Below, piece after piece: positions 13,364 to 22,838 of a stretch of 64,000 nt of DNA. The translations under genes were made by a program, and so were the position numbers. Source of the stretch: Gammaproteobacteria bacterium (GTDB taxonomy: Bacteria > Pseudomonadota > Gammaproteobacteria > Steroidobacterales > Steroidobacteraceae); the NCBI GenBank assembly GCA_016874235.1, contig VGUJ01000004.1, positions 8,425 to 72,424 on the forward strand, given 5' to 3'. Below the pieces are notes generated by a model. The model did not search any database. It had not been told where the DNA came from and saw only the letters and a program-made list of their open reading frames with translations. Position 1 is the first letter of the stretch, and every line of letters begins with the position of its first letter.

Positions 13364-14378
13364 TGTCGAGTCCGGCGTTATTGCCGGCGAGCGCCTGCTC
13401 GGCACGATAGCTTGAGCGTACGAGCGGGCCCGACACACATTCGCGGAACCCACGTGCGAGAGCCCAGTCGCGATATTGGTCGAATTGCTCCGGCGTAATG
13501 AAGCGTGCGACCGGTAGATGATTGGCCGTCGGCTGCAGATACTGACCGAGCGTCACGAGATCGACGTCGTGGGCACGCAGGTCATCGAAGGTCTCGATGA
13601 TCTCGTCGTCGGTCTCCCCAAGCCCCAGCATCAGACTCGTCTTGGTAAGCACATCGGGTCGATGGCGCTTGGCATGCGCCAAGACACGCAGGGTTTGTTC
13701 ATAGCCTGCGCGTGGATCACGAACGGGATGGGTGAGGCGCTTTACGGTCTCGACGTTTTGCGCAAACACCTCAAGCCCTGAATCGACCACGGTTTCAACA
13801 TCGACCATCACGCCCTGAAAATCGGGCGTCAGGGCCTCGACCGCTGTCTGCGGCGAGATTTCTTTGATAGCGCGAACAGCTGCCGCGAAATGCGCCGCGC
13901 CGCCATCAGGGAGGTCGTCGCGGTTCACCGAGGTCAGCACGACATAACGCAGCTTCATGAGGGCGACGGTACGGGCCGTATTGCGCGGCTCCTCAGGATC
14001 GAGCCACCCGCGGGGGTTACCGGTATCGACGGCGCAGAAACGACACGCGCGTGTGCACACCTCGCCCATGAGCATGATGGTGGCGGTTCCTGCATTCCAA
14101 CATTCGCCGATGTTGGGACACTTCGCCTCCTCGCACACGGTGGCAAGACGATGCTCGCGTACTGTGCGACGAACGAAGTCGTAATTCTCACCGCTTGCGA
14201 GCGGCGCCTTCAGCCAACGAGGTTTACCGCCGGGCACCCGCGCAGGGGCGGCTGCAGTCGCCTTGATACCGTCGCGAATGGCAGAAAACCCTTGGGGTGT
14301 CCGATATTTCTCACCGCTACGCACAGCCGGTACCGGCACGGCGATCTCGACGGCGTCGTTGGGGCGTTCCTTGCTCAT
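13326..14378 (-). CDS. lipA: Lipoyl synthase (radical SAM)
   Basis: 350 aa with [12 protein letters not shown] and CTRACRFC cluster motifs. Confidence 0.97.
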   Translation of the reverse strand: MSKERPNDAVEIAVPVPAVRSGEKYRTPQGFSAIRDGIKATAAAPARVPGGKPRWLKAPLASGENYDFVRRTVREHRLATVCEEAKCPNIGECWNAGTATIMLMGEVCTRACRFCAVDTGNPRGWLDPEEPRNTARTVALMKLRYVVLTSVNRDDLPDGGAAHFAAAVRAIKEISPQTAVEALTPDFQGVMVDVETVVDSGLEVFAQNVETVKRLTHPVRDPRAGYEQTLRVLAHAKRHRPDVLTKTSLMLGLGETDDEIIETFDDLRAHDVDLVTLGQYLQPTANHLPVARFITPEQFDQYRDWALARGFRECVSGPLVRSSYRAEQALAGNNAGLDNAALAVNAAARP

Positions 14379-14399
14379 AGCGACCAGTGTACGCGAGCT

Positions 14400-15116
14400 T
14401 CAGCCGGTCGCGCCGCTGGCGAGCCGCTCATCCAGCTCGCGAAGACGCTCGGGCGTCCCGATGTCGAACCAAAGTCCTTGATATAGCCGCCCACGGAGAC
14501 GGCCTGACGCGGCAGCGGCTCGCAGCAGGGGTAGGAGCGGCCTACGACCGGGCGGAAAACCCGCAAAGAATTCCGGGCGATAAACGGCGATGCCCGAGAA
14601 GGTATATCGCGGCGGCGCATCCTCTGCCTCGAGACGCAGCGGATCTGCCAAGATGTCGAAGCCGCTCCCATCACGCGCGATCAAGGAAAAGTCGCCTCGC
14701 GGGTGCTGAGATGGGTTCGGTACCAGCACCAGAGAACCGAGCGCCTGCTCATCGAGGACGGGAAGCCGAGAAAAATCGAAATCGGTCCAGATGTCGCCGT
14801 TGATCACGAGGAAAGGATCGGACCCGAGCATCGGCAGCGCCTGAATGATGCCGCCCGCCGTCTCGAGTGCGCCCTCGCTCTCTGCGCTGTATTCAATGCG
14901 AACGCCGTGACGATGGCCATCGCCCAAAGCCTCGACGATGCGTTCGCCGAGCCAGGCATGATTGATGACGACGTCACGGATCCCGGCGCGAGCCAGTGCT
15001 GCCAGGTGCCACTCGAGCAAAGAACGACCACCCACATCGAGCAAAGGTTTAGGACGCTCGTCGGTCAGCGGTCGCATGCGTTCGCCGCGACCTGCCGCCA
15101 GGATCATCGCTTTCAT
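14400..15116 (-). CDS. murU: N-acetylmuramate alpha-1-phosphate uridylyltransferase (nucleotidyltransferase family)
   Basis: 238 aa starting MKAMILAAGRGERMRPLTDERPKPLL, a sugar-1-P nucleotidyltransferase. Translationally coupled (TGATG) to the upstream kinase, and adjacent to lptD as in Pseudomonas. Confidence 0.8.
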   Translation of the reverse strand: MKAMILAAGRGERMRPLTDERPKPLLDVGGRSLLEWHLAALARAGIRDVVINHAWLGERIVEALGDGHRHGVRIEYSAESEGALETAGGIIQALPMLGSDPFLVINGDIWTDFDFSRLPVLDEQALGSLVLVPNPSQHPRGDFSLIARDGSGFDILADPLRLEAEDAPPRYTFSGIAVYRPEFFAGFPPGRRPLLPLLRAAAASGRLRGRLYQGLWFDIGTPERLRELDERLASGATG

Positions 15117-16153
15117 CAGGGCTTGACCTCGCGCGCGCGGGTGTTGGCCATGGCGAGCAGCGGAACGATTCGTCGCTCAAGCCACAACCCGAACTCGCGC
15201 AACTCGACATGTCGCGCAGCGGCGTCACGCACGTAGTCGAGCGTCAAAGGCAGATCATCGAGATAACCCGCTTTACCATCACGCCACCAGAGCCGCGCAA
15301 AGATGCCCAGAATCTTGATGTGACGTTGCACGCCGATCAAATCGAACCAACGCAAGAACTCGCGATCGCTCGAACCTGAGAGCGAAGAGACATCTCGCAC
15401 CAACAAGCGCTGACGGTAGGACAACACCCATCGCTCGACCTCGGCACGAGGCCAGGCGATATAACAATCTTTGAGCAAGGAGACGAGATCGTAGCCGACG
15501 GGTCCGGCCAGCGCATCCTGGAAATCGATGACTCCGGTTTCATCGTGTGGCAATACCATCAAGTTGCGTGAGTGGTAGTCCCGATGTACGAAGACGACTG
15601 GCTGAGCAAGCGCCTGATCGATGAGCCAAAGAAATGTCCGTTCAATCAGCTCGCGCTCCGCCGGTTCAAGCAAAATCTGCAAATGCCGACCGCAGAACCA
15701 CTCCGGCATGAGCTCGAGCTCTCGACGCAAAGCGGCCGCATCGTAGGGCGCGAGCGCTCGGGCTGCATCGAGGGCATCGATCTGGATACGCGCCAAAGTA
15801 TCGAGCGCAGCGGCATACAAGACTGACGCTCGAGCCGGCTTGCGCAGCTCTGTCAAAAAAGGTGTCGAACCGAGATCTTCGAGCAGGACGAATCCGCGCT
15901 CACGATCGACCGCATGGATCGCCGGGACGTGTACCCCCGCGCCGTGCAACAAGCTCCCCACCTTGAGGTAAGGCCCGATGTCTTCCTGCGCGGGCGGCGC
16001 ATCCATGACGATCCAACTGCCTCCATCCGGCAGAACGGCACGGAAATACCGCCGAAAGCTGGCATCTGCCGAGGCGACCTCGATACGCGCAACCCGGAGG
16101 TCGAGGTCCTGTGTGACCCAACACGACAAAAGTTCGAAACGGGCGTCCGACAA
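15116..16153 (-). CDS. amgK: Anomeric MurNAc/GlcNAc kinase (aminoglycoside phosphotransferase fold)
   Basis: 345 aa with APH-type motifs (FVHRDYHSRNLMV, IDFQDA). Paired with murU and divergent from lptD. TTG start. Confidence 0.8.
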   Translation of the reverse strand: MSDARFELLSCWVTQDLDLRVARIEVASADASFRRYFRAVLPDGGSWIVMDAPPAQEDIGPYLKVGSLLHGAGVHVPAIHAVDRERGFVLLEDLGSTPFLTELRKPARASVLYAAALDTLARIQIDALDAARALAPYDAAALRRELELMPEWFCGRHLQILLEPAERELIERTFLWLIDQALAQPVVFVHRDYHSRNLMVLPHDETGVIDFQDALAGPVGYDLVSLLKDCYIAWPRAEVERWVLSYRQRLLVRDVSSLSGSSDREFLRWFDLIGVQRHIKILGIFARLWWRDGKAGYLDDLPLTLDYVRDAAARHVELREFGLWLERRIVPLLAMANTRAREVKP

Positions 16154-16194
16154 GAGCTTTGAAACCCACGGCCTCGGGAAGGGGCCCCATTATA

Positions 16195-18528
16195 ATGTCC
16201 GCAGCCATGGCCCCGCCGCGTCGCATCGCCCATCCCATCGCCCGCGCGGGACTGCTCGCAGTCAGCCTCGTCGGAGTCGGCAATCTTGAGACTGCGAGGG
16301 CCGAGCCTGCGCTCGCTTCAGCCGAATCCGCTTCAACCGAACCCGCCGAGCAGCCGATGCGCTGCCCTGCCCCGTCGGCCGTACGTGACGCCCTCGCACG
16401 CGGCGCAACCCTACCTGAAGCCGGAGTCGCGCCCCCTCTTGCGTCTCCACTCGAACCGCCCGGCGAGGACGTCGAGATCTCAAGTGATGCTGCGACGCTG
16501 GGCGTGGCAGGCGATGCCAGCCTGAGCGGACGCGTGACGATTCGGCAGGGAGATCGCACGCTCACCGCGGAAGACGTCAGCTATGACGCCAAAGCGAGAG
16601 AGTTCTCGATGCGCGGATTGCTGCGCTACCGTGATCCCGTCTTGCGCGTCGAGGGTCGCTCCGGTCGTTATGACCCAGTCGGTGGGGCGGCCTTCGCCGA
16701 CGCTCGCTTCGAGATGCCCGAGGAGCCGGCTCGCGGCGCGGCGGACTCCCTGGAACTCGGCATCGACGGCAAAGTGACGCTGTCGCAAGTGTGGTTCACC
16801 ACCTGTCCCGAAAGCTCGCCCGATTGGAGGATTCGCGCTCGACAAATCGAACTTGATACCCAAGCTCGTAACGGTACGGGTCGTAGTGCCGCGATCGAAT
16901 TCAAAGGTGTGCCGATCCTCTACCTGCCTTATTTGTCTTTTCCGCTGGGTGATCAAAGAAAAAGCGGGTTTCTTTTTCCTAACGTGGGATACAGCTCTCG
17001 CGGAGGTGCTGAACTCAAACTCCCCTACTATCTAAACCTTGCTCCGAACTACGACCTCACTTTGGAGCCCACTGCTTACGGTCGCCGGGGCATCGACCTC
17101 GGTACGAATTTTCGGTATCTCACGCAACGCCATCGCGGCGATCTCCGTCTCAATGCACTGCAATCTGATGATATTCGCGACATCAATCGCAACTGGCTCA
17201 GAGTGCGGCATCGCAGCGAGTTACCGGCGGGCTGGCGGTTCGACGTCGATGCTCAAAGCGTCAGCGACGCCGAGTATTTCGAAGATTTCGCCTCGGGCAC
17301 CGAAGGAACGAGTACGGCATTTCTCCGTCGGAATGCCCGGCTGAGTTATCGTGATGCGCACTGGTATCTTCGAGCGGAGGCCGAGCAATTCCAAACTATT
17401 GATCGAGCCCTCGACTCGATCGATCGACCCTATGCTCGATTGCCGCGCGTACAAGCGAGCGGCGACTGGATCACCGAGGGCCCACTCGCGATGCGCTACG
17501 GCTTCGACAGCGAACTGGTCAACTTCGATCGTGAGGTGGGCGTACAAGGCTGGCGCACCGATCTGTCGCCTTGGGCGGGCCTCGATTTCGGATCACCCGC
17601 GTACTACGTCAGGCCGAGTGCAGGCTGGCGATACACGCGCTACGACCTCGAAGACGCCGAGGTGACGACCGACGATCAACCCTCTCGGTCCCTGCCCTAT
17701 GCTGCTCTCGATGCCGGCCTGCGACTCGAGCGCGATGCGGTCGAGAACTCGCGCACTCGAATGACCCTGGAGCCTCGACTGCTCTATCTTTGGACGCCGT
17801 ATCGAGATCAAGACGATTTACCGATCTTCGACACCGCCTTGCCCGATCTCGACTTCGTACAGCTTTTTCGAACCTCGCGCTATGTCGGTCCCGACCGTAT
17901 CGCGGATGCGAATCATGCAAGCCTCGGCGTCACCTCGCGCATCTACGACAGGTCGTCAGGACGACAACTACTGTCGGCGACGATCGGTCAGACCTATCGC
18001 TTCCAACGATCTCGGGTACGACTCCCGGGCGAATCGGAGATCGGTGAGTCCCGCTCCGATCTCGTGGCCCAACTCGGTATCTCTGCCTGGCAAAACTGGA
18101 ACGCCACTGTCGGCATGCAGTGGGATAGCCGCGAGCGCCAGCAACAACGCAGTCACGTTCGTCTTCAGTATCGACCGGACGCTGATCGCGCCGTCAACGT
18201 GGCTTATCGCTTTCAGCGCGATCGACTCGAGCAAGGCGAGGTCTCGGGCGCTTGGCCGCTCGGCTCACGCTGGAATGCCTATGGTCGTTTCGTGTACGAC
18301 CTCAAGGACCGCAGCGCTCTCGATCGCTTCGCCGGCTTCGAGTACAAGTCTTGCTGCTGGCGCTTGCGGCTGGTGGGACGCCGCTTCGTCTCGAGCCGCA
18401 CCGGCGAACGCGATACGGGCATTTACCTGCAACTGGAACTCAATGGTCTCGCGAGTGTCGGAAGTTCGGCGGATGCTTTCCTCGAGGAGGCAATTCGGGG
18501 ATACTCGCCCGTCGGCCTAAGCCGCTGA
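16195..18528 (+). CDS. lptD: LPS-assembly outer membrane protein LptD
   Basis: N-terminal OstA-like domain and a large C-terminal barrel, with surA immediately downstream. The start is ambiguous: TTG 16159, ATG 16195 or ATG 16207. A signal peptide follows ATG 16195/16207. Confidence 0.92.
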   Translation: MSAAMAPPRRIAHPIARAGLLAVSLVGVGNLETARAEPALASAESASTEPAEQPMRCPAPSAVRDALARGATLPEAGVAPPLASPLEPPGEDVEISSDAATLGVAGDASLSGRVTIRQGDRTLTAEDVSYDAKAREFSMRGLLRYRDPVLRVEGRSGRYDPVGGAAFADARFEMPEEPARGAADSLELGIDGKVTLSQVWFTTCPESSPDWRIRARQIELDTQARNGTGRSAAIEFKGVPILYLPYLSFPLGDQRKSGFLFPNVGYSSRGGAELKLPYYLNLAPNYDLTLEPTAYGRRGIDLGTNFRYLTQRHRGDLRLNALQSDDIRDINRNWLRVRHRSELPAGWRFDVDAQSVSDAEYFEDFASGTEGTSTAFLRRNARLSYRDAHWYLRAEAEQFQTIDRALDSIDRPYARLPRVQASGDWITEGPLAMRYGFDSELVNFDREVGVQGWRTDLSPWAGLDFGSPAYYVRPSAGWRYTRYDLEDAEVTTDDQPSRSLPYAALDAGLRLERDAVENSRTRMTLEPRLLYLWTPYRDQDDLPIFDTALPDLDFVQLFRTSRYVGPDRIADANHASLGVTSRIYDRSSGRQLLSATIGQTYRFQRSRVRLPGESEIGESRSDLVAQLGISAWQNWNATVGMQWDSRERQQQRSHVRLQYRPDADRAVNVAYRFQRDRLEQGEVSGAWPLGSRWNAYGRFVYDLKDRSALDRFAGFEYKSCCWRLRLVGRRFVSSRTGERDTGIYLQLELNGLASVGSSADAFLEEAIRGYSPVGLSR

Positions 18529-18553
18529 GTTTTCAGGAATTTCGGAACTACCC

Positions 18554-19876
18554 ATGACGTTTGCAACGCGATCTCACCTCTCCCGATTTTTGGCTTTTGG
18601 TCTTGCGACTCTCCTCGCGACGACGCCGGCCCTCGCCCAGCGCTCGCTCTCCGACAAAGGCGTGATGCTCGACCGCGTTGCCGCGGTCGTAAACGAAGGT
18701 GTCGTCCTCGCAAGCGAACTCGAAGAGCAAGTACAGGTGATCGCCGCGCGACTGCAAGCCCAAGGTCTCGAGATGCCTCCGGCCACCGTGCTGCGCCAGC
18801 AGGTGCTCGATCGCCTCGTTCTCCAAGAAATCCAGATGCAGCGTGCCCAGCGCGCCGGCATTCGCATCGGTGACGAGTCGCTCAACCAGGCGCTCGCCGA
18901 CGTCGCTCAGCGCAACGGCATCCCCCTTGCGCAACTTCCGGCCGCACTCACCCAACAAGGCATCGACTACGCGTCCTATCGAGAGAGCGTTCGTCGCGAA
19001 ATGACCCTTCAAGTGCTGCAGCAACGCGACGTGATCCAGCGCATCAACATTTCGCCACGCGAACTCGAACAGTTTCTCGACAAGCAGAAGTCGCGTCCCT
19101 CAGAGCTCAATGAATACAACCTCTCGCACATCCTGATCGCGGTCCCTCAGGAGGCGACGCCCTCTCAACTCGATCAGGCGTCGCGTCGCGCTCAAGATGT
19201 GTTCGATCGAGCCCAAGCGGGCGAAGATTTCGCCAAGCTTGCCGTAGCGTACTCGAATAGCCAGACCGCTCTCGAGGGCGGCTCGCTCGGCTGGCGTCGC
19301 GGTCCAGAAATTCCGACTGTGCTTGCCGATCTCGTCGTGGGGCTCAAGCCCGGCGGAGTCAGTGCGCCGCTACGTACGCCATCGGGTTATCACATCGTTC
19401 GCCTCAATGAAATTCGCGGTGCCGATCAGCAAGTCGTCATCGAACAAACCAATGCGCGTCATATCCTGCTGAAACCCACCGAGATCCAAGACGACGCCAC
19501 GGTGCAGCAGCGCCTCATTGACGTTCGTGAGCGAATCCTGAAGGGCGAAGATTTCTCAGTACTCGCCAAGACGCTCTCCGAAGATCCGGGTTCGGCCGCC
19601 GACGGTGGTGACCTCGGCTGGACGGCACCCGGCACCTTCGTCCCGGAATTCGACGCAGCCCTCAATCGACTCTCTCCGAATGAAATCAGCGAGCCGTTCC
19701 GGACGCAGTTCGGCTGGCACATCGTGCAACTGCTCGGTCGTCGACAATTCGATAACACCGAAGAGTTGCGTCGCCAGCGCGCATTCATGCAGCTGAGAGA
19801 GAGCAAGGCAGACGAAGAGACCGAGCTCTGGCTGCGTCGGCTGCGCGACGAGGCGTATGTCGACATCAAGAGCTGA
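18554..19876 (+). CDS. surA: Periplasmic chaperone/PPIase SurA
   Basis: 440 aa with a signal peptide and two parvulin domains (GGSLGW..., GGDLGW...). Confidence 0.95.
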   Translation: MTFATRSHLSRFLAFGLATLLATTPALAQRSLSDKGVMLDRVAAVVNEGVVLASELEEQVQVIAARLQAQGLEMPPATVLRQQVLDRLVLQEIQMQRAQRAGIRIGDESLNQALADVAQRNGIPLAQLPAALTQQGIDYASYRESVRREMTLQVLQQRDVIQRINISPRELEQFLDKQKSRPSELNEYNLSHILIAVPQEATPSQLDQASRRAQDVFDRAQAGEDFAKLAVAYSNSQTALEGGSLGWRRGPEIPTVLADLVVGLKPGGVSAPLRTPSGYHIVRLNEIRGADQQVVIEQTNARHILLKPTEIQDDATVQQRLIDVRERILKGEDFSVLAKTLSEDPGSAADGGDLGWTAPGTFVPEFDAALNRLSPNEISEPFRTQFGWHIVQLLGRRQFDNTEELRRQRAFMQLRESKADEETELWLRRLRDEAYVDIKS

Positions 19877-20819
19877 ACGCCCGCGGATCATCATCACCTC
19901 GGGTGAGCCGGCGGGCATCGGCCCCGAGCTCTGTGCACAACTCACGAGCGCAGATTTGCCACCCTGCGAACTGCACTGTCTCGTCGATGAATCTTTGCTC
20001 GAAGCGCGCGCACCCACCGGTGCGGCGCTCAGTCGATTGACCGTCGTACATCGACTGCTCGCAACGCCCTCGATCGCGGGTACGCTCGATGTTCGTAACG
20101 CCGCCTACGTGGTCGGCCTGCTCGACGACGCCCTCGACGGCGTGAAAAGCGGCCGATACGACGCCATGGTCACCGCGCCGGTGCAAAAAAGCGTGATTGC
20201 CGCCTCGGGCGTACCTTTCTCCGGTCACACTGAGTATCTCGCCGAGCGCTGCGGCATACCCAAGCCCGTAATGATGCTGGTGGCCGGCGATTTGCGGGTC
20301 GCGCTTGCGACCACGCATCTGCCTCTGCGACGCGTGCCCGACGCGATCACACAGCCGCTCGTGCTCCAACTCTTGCGCATCATGCACCATGATCTGAAAC
20401 ACTCGTTCGGCATCAAACATCCACGCATCGCGGTGTGCGGGCTCAACCCCCATGCCGGCGAGGCGGGCCTGCTCGGTGATGAAGAAATCCGACATATCAG
20501 CCCGGCCATCGACGCCGCGCGGTGCGAAGGTATCGAGGCTTTCGGGCCGTTACCGGCCGATACGGCCTTCGTCCCGCGAGAAATCGCGAAGGCCGATGCC
20601 TTCCTCGCCATGTTTCACGACCAAGGGCTTCCGGTGCTCAAACATGCTGGCTTCGGCCATGCGGTCAACGTGACGCTCGGTCTGCCGGTGATTCGAACCT
20701 CGGTGGACCACGGCACCGCCTTAGCGCTCGCAGGCACAGGGCGCGCCGATGTAGGCAGTTTGCGCGCGGCCGTCGAGCTCGCCATCGACCTCGTACATCG
20801 TCGTCGCGCGATTCGCTGA
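19857..20819 (+). CDS. pdxA: 4-hydroxythreonine-4-phosphate dehydrogenase
   Basis: 320 aa; ITSGEPAGIGPEL, GHTEYLA and VIRTSVDHGTA motifs. Confidence 0.95.
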   Translation: MSTSRAERPRIIITSGEPAGIGPELCAQLTSADLPPCELHCLVDESLLEARAPTGAALSRLTVVHRLLATPSIAGTLDVRNAAYVVGLLDDALDGVKSGRYDAMVTAPVQKSVIAASGVPFSGHTEYLAERCGIPKPVMMLVAGDLRVALATTHLPLRRVPDAITQPLVLQLLRIMHHDLKHSFGIKHPRIAVCGLNPHAGEAGLLGDEEIRHISPAIDAARCEGIEAFGPLPADTAFVPREIAKADAFLAMFHDQGLPVLKHAGFGHAVNVTLGLPVIRTSVDHGTALALAGTGRADVGSLRAAVELAIDLVHRRRAIR

Positions 20820-20826
20820 GTCTTCG

Positions 20827-21606
20827 GTGGTCTTCGCCCGCAAACGCTTCGGTCAAAACTTCCTACATGATCCGGGAGTGATCGCGCAGATCGTCGAGGC
20901 CATCGATCCGCAGCCCGGAGAGTCGCTGGTCGAAATCGGACCGGGTCGTGGCGCATTGACCGAACCCCTCCTCGAGCGCTGCGATCAGCTCGACGCCATC
21001 GAAATCGATCGCGATCTCGCCGCCGAGTTGCAGCAAAGATTGGGCGCCCGCGGCCTGACGCTCCATGTGTGTGATGCGCTCAAGTTCGATTTCGCGACGC
21101 TCGCTCAGACGCGAGGTCGGAAGTTACGGGTCATCGGCAACTTACCCTATAACGTCTCGACGCCCCTCCTCTTTCACTTGCTCGATCACCGGGCCTCCAT
21201 CCTCGATCTGCACGTGATGCTCCAACGAGAAGTCATCGAACGAATCTGCGCGACGCCAGGTAACGGCGACTACGGCCGACTCACCGTGATGCTCGCCCCT
21301 TGGGTGACGGCCGAACACCTCTTCGACGTGGGCCCCGGGGCCTTCCGCCCAGCGCCGCAGGTGTGGTCCGCCGTCGCACGTCTCACCGTGCACGAGACGC
21401 CCGCCTTCCCGGTCGACGCCCGCTACGCTCGCGTGGTGTCGGCGGCGTTCTCACAGCGTCGCAAGACCCTACGCAATGCCCTACGCTCGCTGCTCGAGGC
21501 CGATACCATCGCCGCCTGCGAGATCGATCCGGGTGCGAGACCCGAGACGTTGTCGCCGGAGGAGTTCGGACGACTTGCCAGAGCGGTATCCGAGCCGCTA
21601 GCGTGA
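20827..21606 (+). CDS. rsmA: 16S rRNA (adenine1518/1519-N6)-dimethyltransferase
   Basis: 259 aa; RKRFGQNFL, VEIGPGRGALT and GNLPYNVSTP motifs. GTG start. Confidence 0.95.
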   Translation: MVFARKRFGQNFLHDPGVIAQIVEAIDPQPGESLVEIGPGRGALTEPLLERCDQLDAIEIDRDLAAELQQRLGARGLTLHVCDALKFDFATLAQTRGRKLRVIGNLPYNVSTPLLFHLLDHRASILDLHVMLQREVIERICATPGNGDYGRLTVMLAPWVTAEHLFDVGPGAFRPAPQVWSAVARLTVHETPAFPVDARYARVVSAAFSQRRKTLRNALRSLLEADTIAACEIDPGARPETLSPEEFGRLARAVSEPLA

Positions 21607-21614
21607 GCGACATC

Positions 21615-21992
21615 ATGCGTGCCGATCATCATCTCGATATCAAAATCGAAACCGCCTACCTCGAAGGGCAGTCCGATCCGGACAGCGAGCGATACGTGTT
21701 CGCCTATACGGTGACGATGCGAAACGAGGGGCGCATCCCCGTGAAGTTGATGACGCGCCATTGGGTCATCACCGACAGCAACGGCAAGGTCCAAGAAGTC
21801 CGTGGCGAAGGTGTCGTCGGCGAGCAGCCGCATCTCAAGCCGGGTCAAGGATTTCGCTACTCAAGCGGTGCCGTCATCGAAACGCCCGTCGGCACCATGC
21901 ATGGCAGTTATCAGATGCGCGGCGACGACGGTCTCGAGTTCGACGCGCCGATCCCCGCTTTTCGTCTCGCATTACCCGGAGTGGTGCACTGA
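21615..21992 (+). CDS. apaG: ApaG (DUF525) protein
   Basis: Trimmed to the ATG at 21615. YVFAYTVTMRNEG...RHWVITDSNG...VRGEGVVGEQPHL is typical ApaG. Confidence 0.93.
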   Translation: MRADHHLDIKIETAYLEGQSDPDSERYVFAYTVTMRNEGRIPVKLMTRHWVITDSNGKVQEVRGEGVVGEQPHLKPGQGFRYSSGAVIETPVGTMHGSYQMRGDDGLEFDAPIPAFRLALPGVVH

Positions 21993-21994
21993 CG

Positions 21995-22834
21995 ATGGCG
22001 AGAATCGCCGTCGGAGACGTGCAGGGGTGCCTGCCCGAACTGCACCAGCTGCTGATAGAGGCTGATTTTCGAAGCGACCGCGATGAAATCTGGTTCGTGG
22101 GTGACCTCGTCAATCGCGGACCCGACTCTCTCGGCACTTTGCGGTTCGTTCGTTCGCTCGGCGACAACGCCCGCGTCGTCCTCGGCAATCACGACCTTCA
22201 TCTGCTCGCCGTCGCGTTGGGTGGAAGCCGGAAACTGCGCGAGGACGACACACTCGATGACATCCTGAACGCGACAGATCGCGAGCCCCTGCTCGAGTGG
22301 CTCGTCACACGACCGCTCGCGGCAAGAGAAGGTTCCGATCTCATGGTGCATGCCGGGGTTGTGCCTCAGTGGACCCTCGACGAGGTCATGACGCTCGCCG
22401 CGGAAGTCGAGCAGGCGCTACGAACCGACCCGGTCAAACTTTTTGAATCGATGTACGGTAACCGTCCCGATCGCTGGTCCCCGACACTCGAGGGCGCCGA
22501 TCGACTACGTTTCATCATCAATGTATTGACTCGATTGCGATTCTGTCGTGCCGATGGCCGTATCGATCTCAAAATGAAAGGCGCTCCCGGGTCACAGGAG
22601 AGCGGCTGGATGCCCTGGTTCGCGGCACCCGACCGCCGAACGTCGAACGCCCGAGTGATCATGGGGCATTGGTCTACACTCGGGCTCGTCGACCGACCCG
22701 ACCTGCTGGCGCTCGATACCGGGTGCGTGTGGGGCGGCGCGCTGACGGCTGCGGCATTGGATTCGAACGCACGTTGGTCCCTGCCCTGCAGAGGCTATCA
22801 GGGAGTTAAACTGTCGGCTCAATCCGACGGGTGA
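21995..22834 (+). CDS. apaH: Bis(5'-nucleosyl)-tetraphosphatase, symmetrical
   Basis: Trimmed to the ATG at 21995 (MARIAVGDVQGC). GDLVNRGP and GNHD metallophosphatase motifs. Confidence 0.93.
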   Translation: MARIAVGDVQGCLPELHQLLIEADFRSDRDEIWFVGDLVNRGPDSLGTLRFVRSLGDNARVVLGNHDLHLLAVALGGSRKLREDDTLDDILNATDREPLLEWLVTRPLAAREGSDLMVHAGVVPQWTLDEVMTLAAEVEQALRTDPVKLFESMYGNRPDRWSPTLEGADRLRFIINVLTRLRFCRADGRIDLKMKGAPGSQESGWMPWFAAPDRRTSNARVIMGHWSTLGLVDRPDLLALDTGCVWGGALTAAALDSNARWSLPCRGYQGVKLSAQSDG

Positions 22835-22838
22835 ACCC

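Noticed and set aside
16191-16196. Perfect TATAAT overlapping the candidate lptD start codon (ATG 16195), 10 nt before ATG 16207
   Set aside because: No acceptable -35 at 16-18 nt. It may be a chance hexamer in the short amgK/lptD divergent spacer, and I cannot support a leaderless lptD from this alone.
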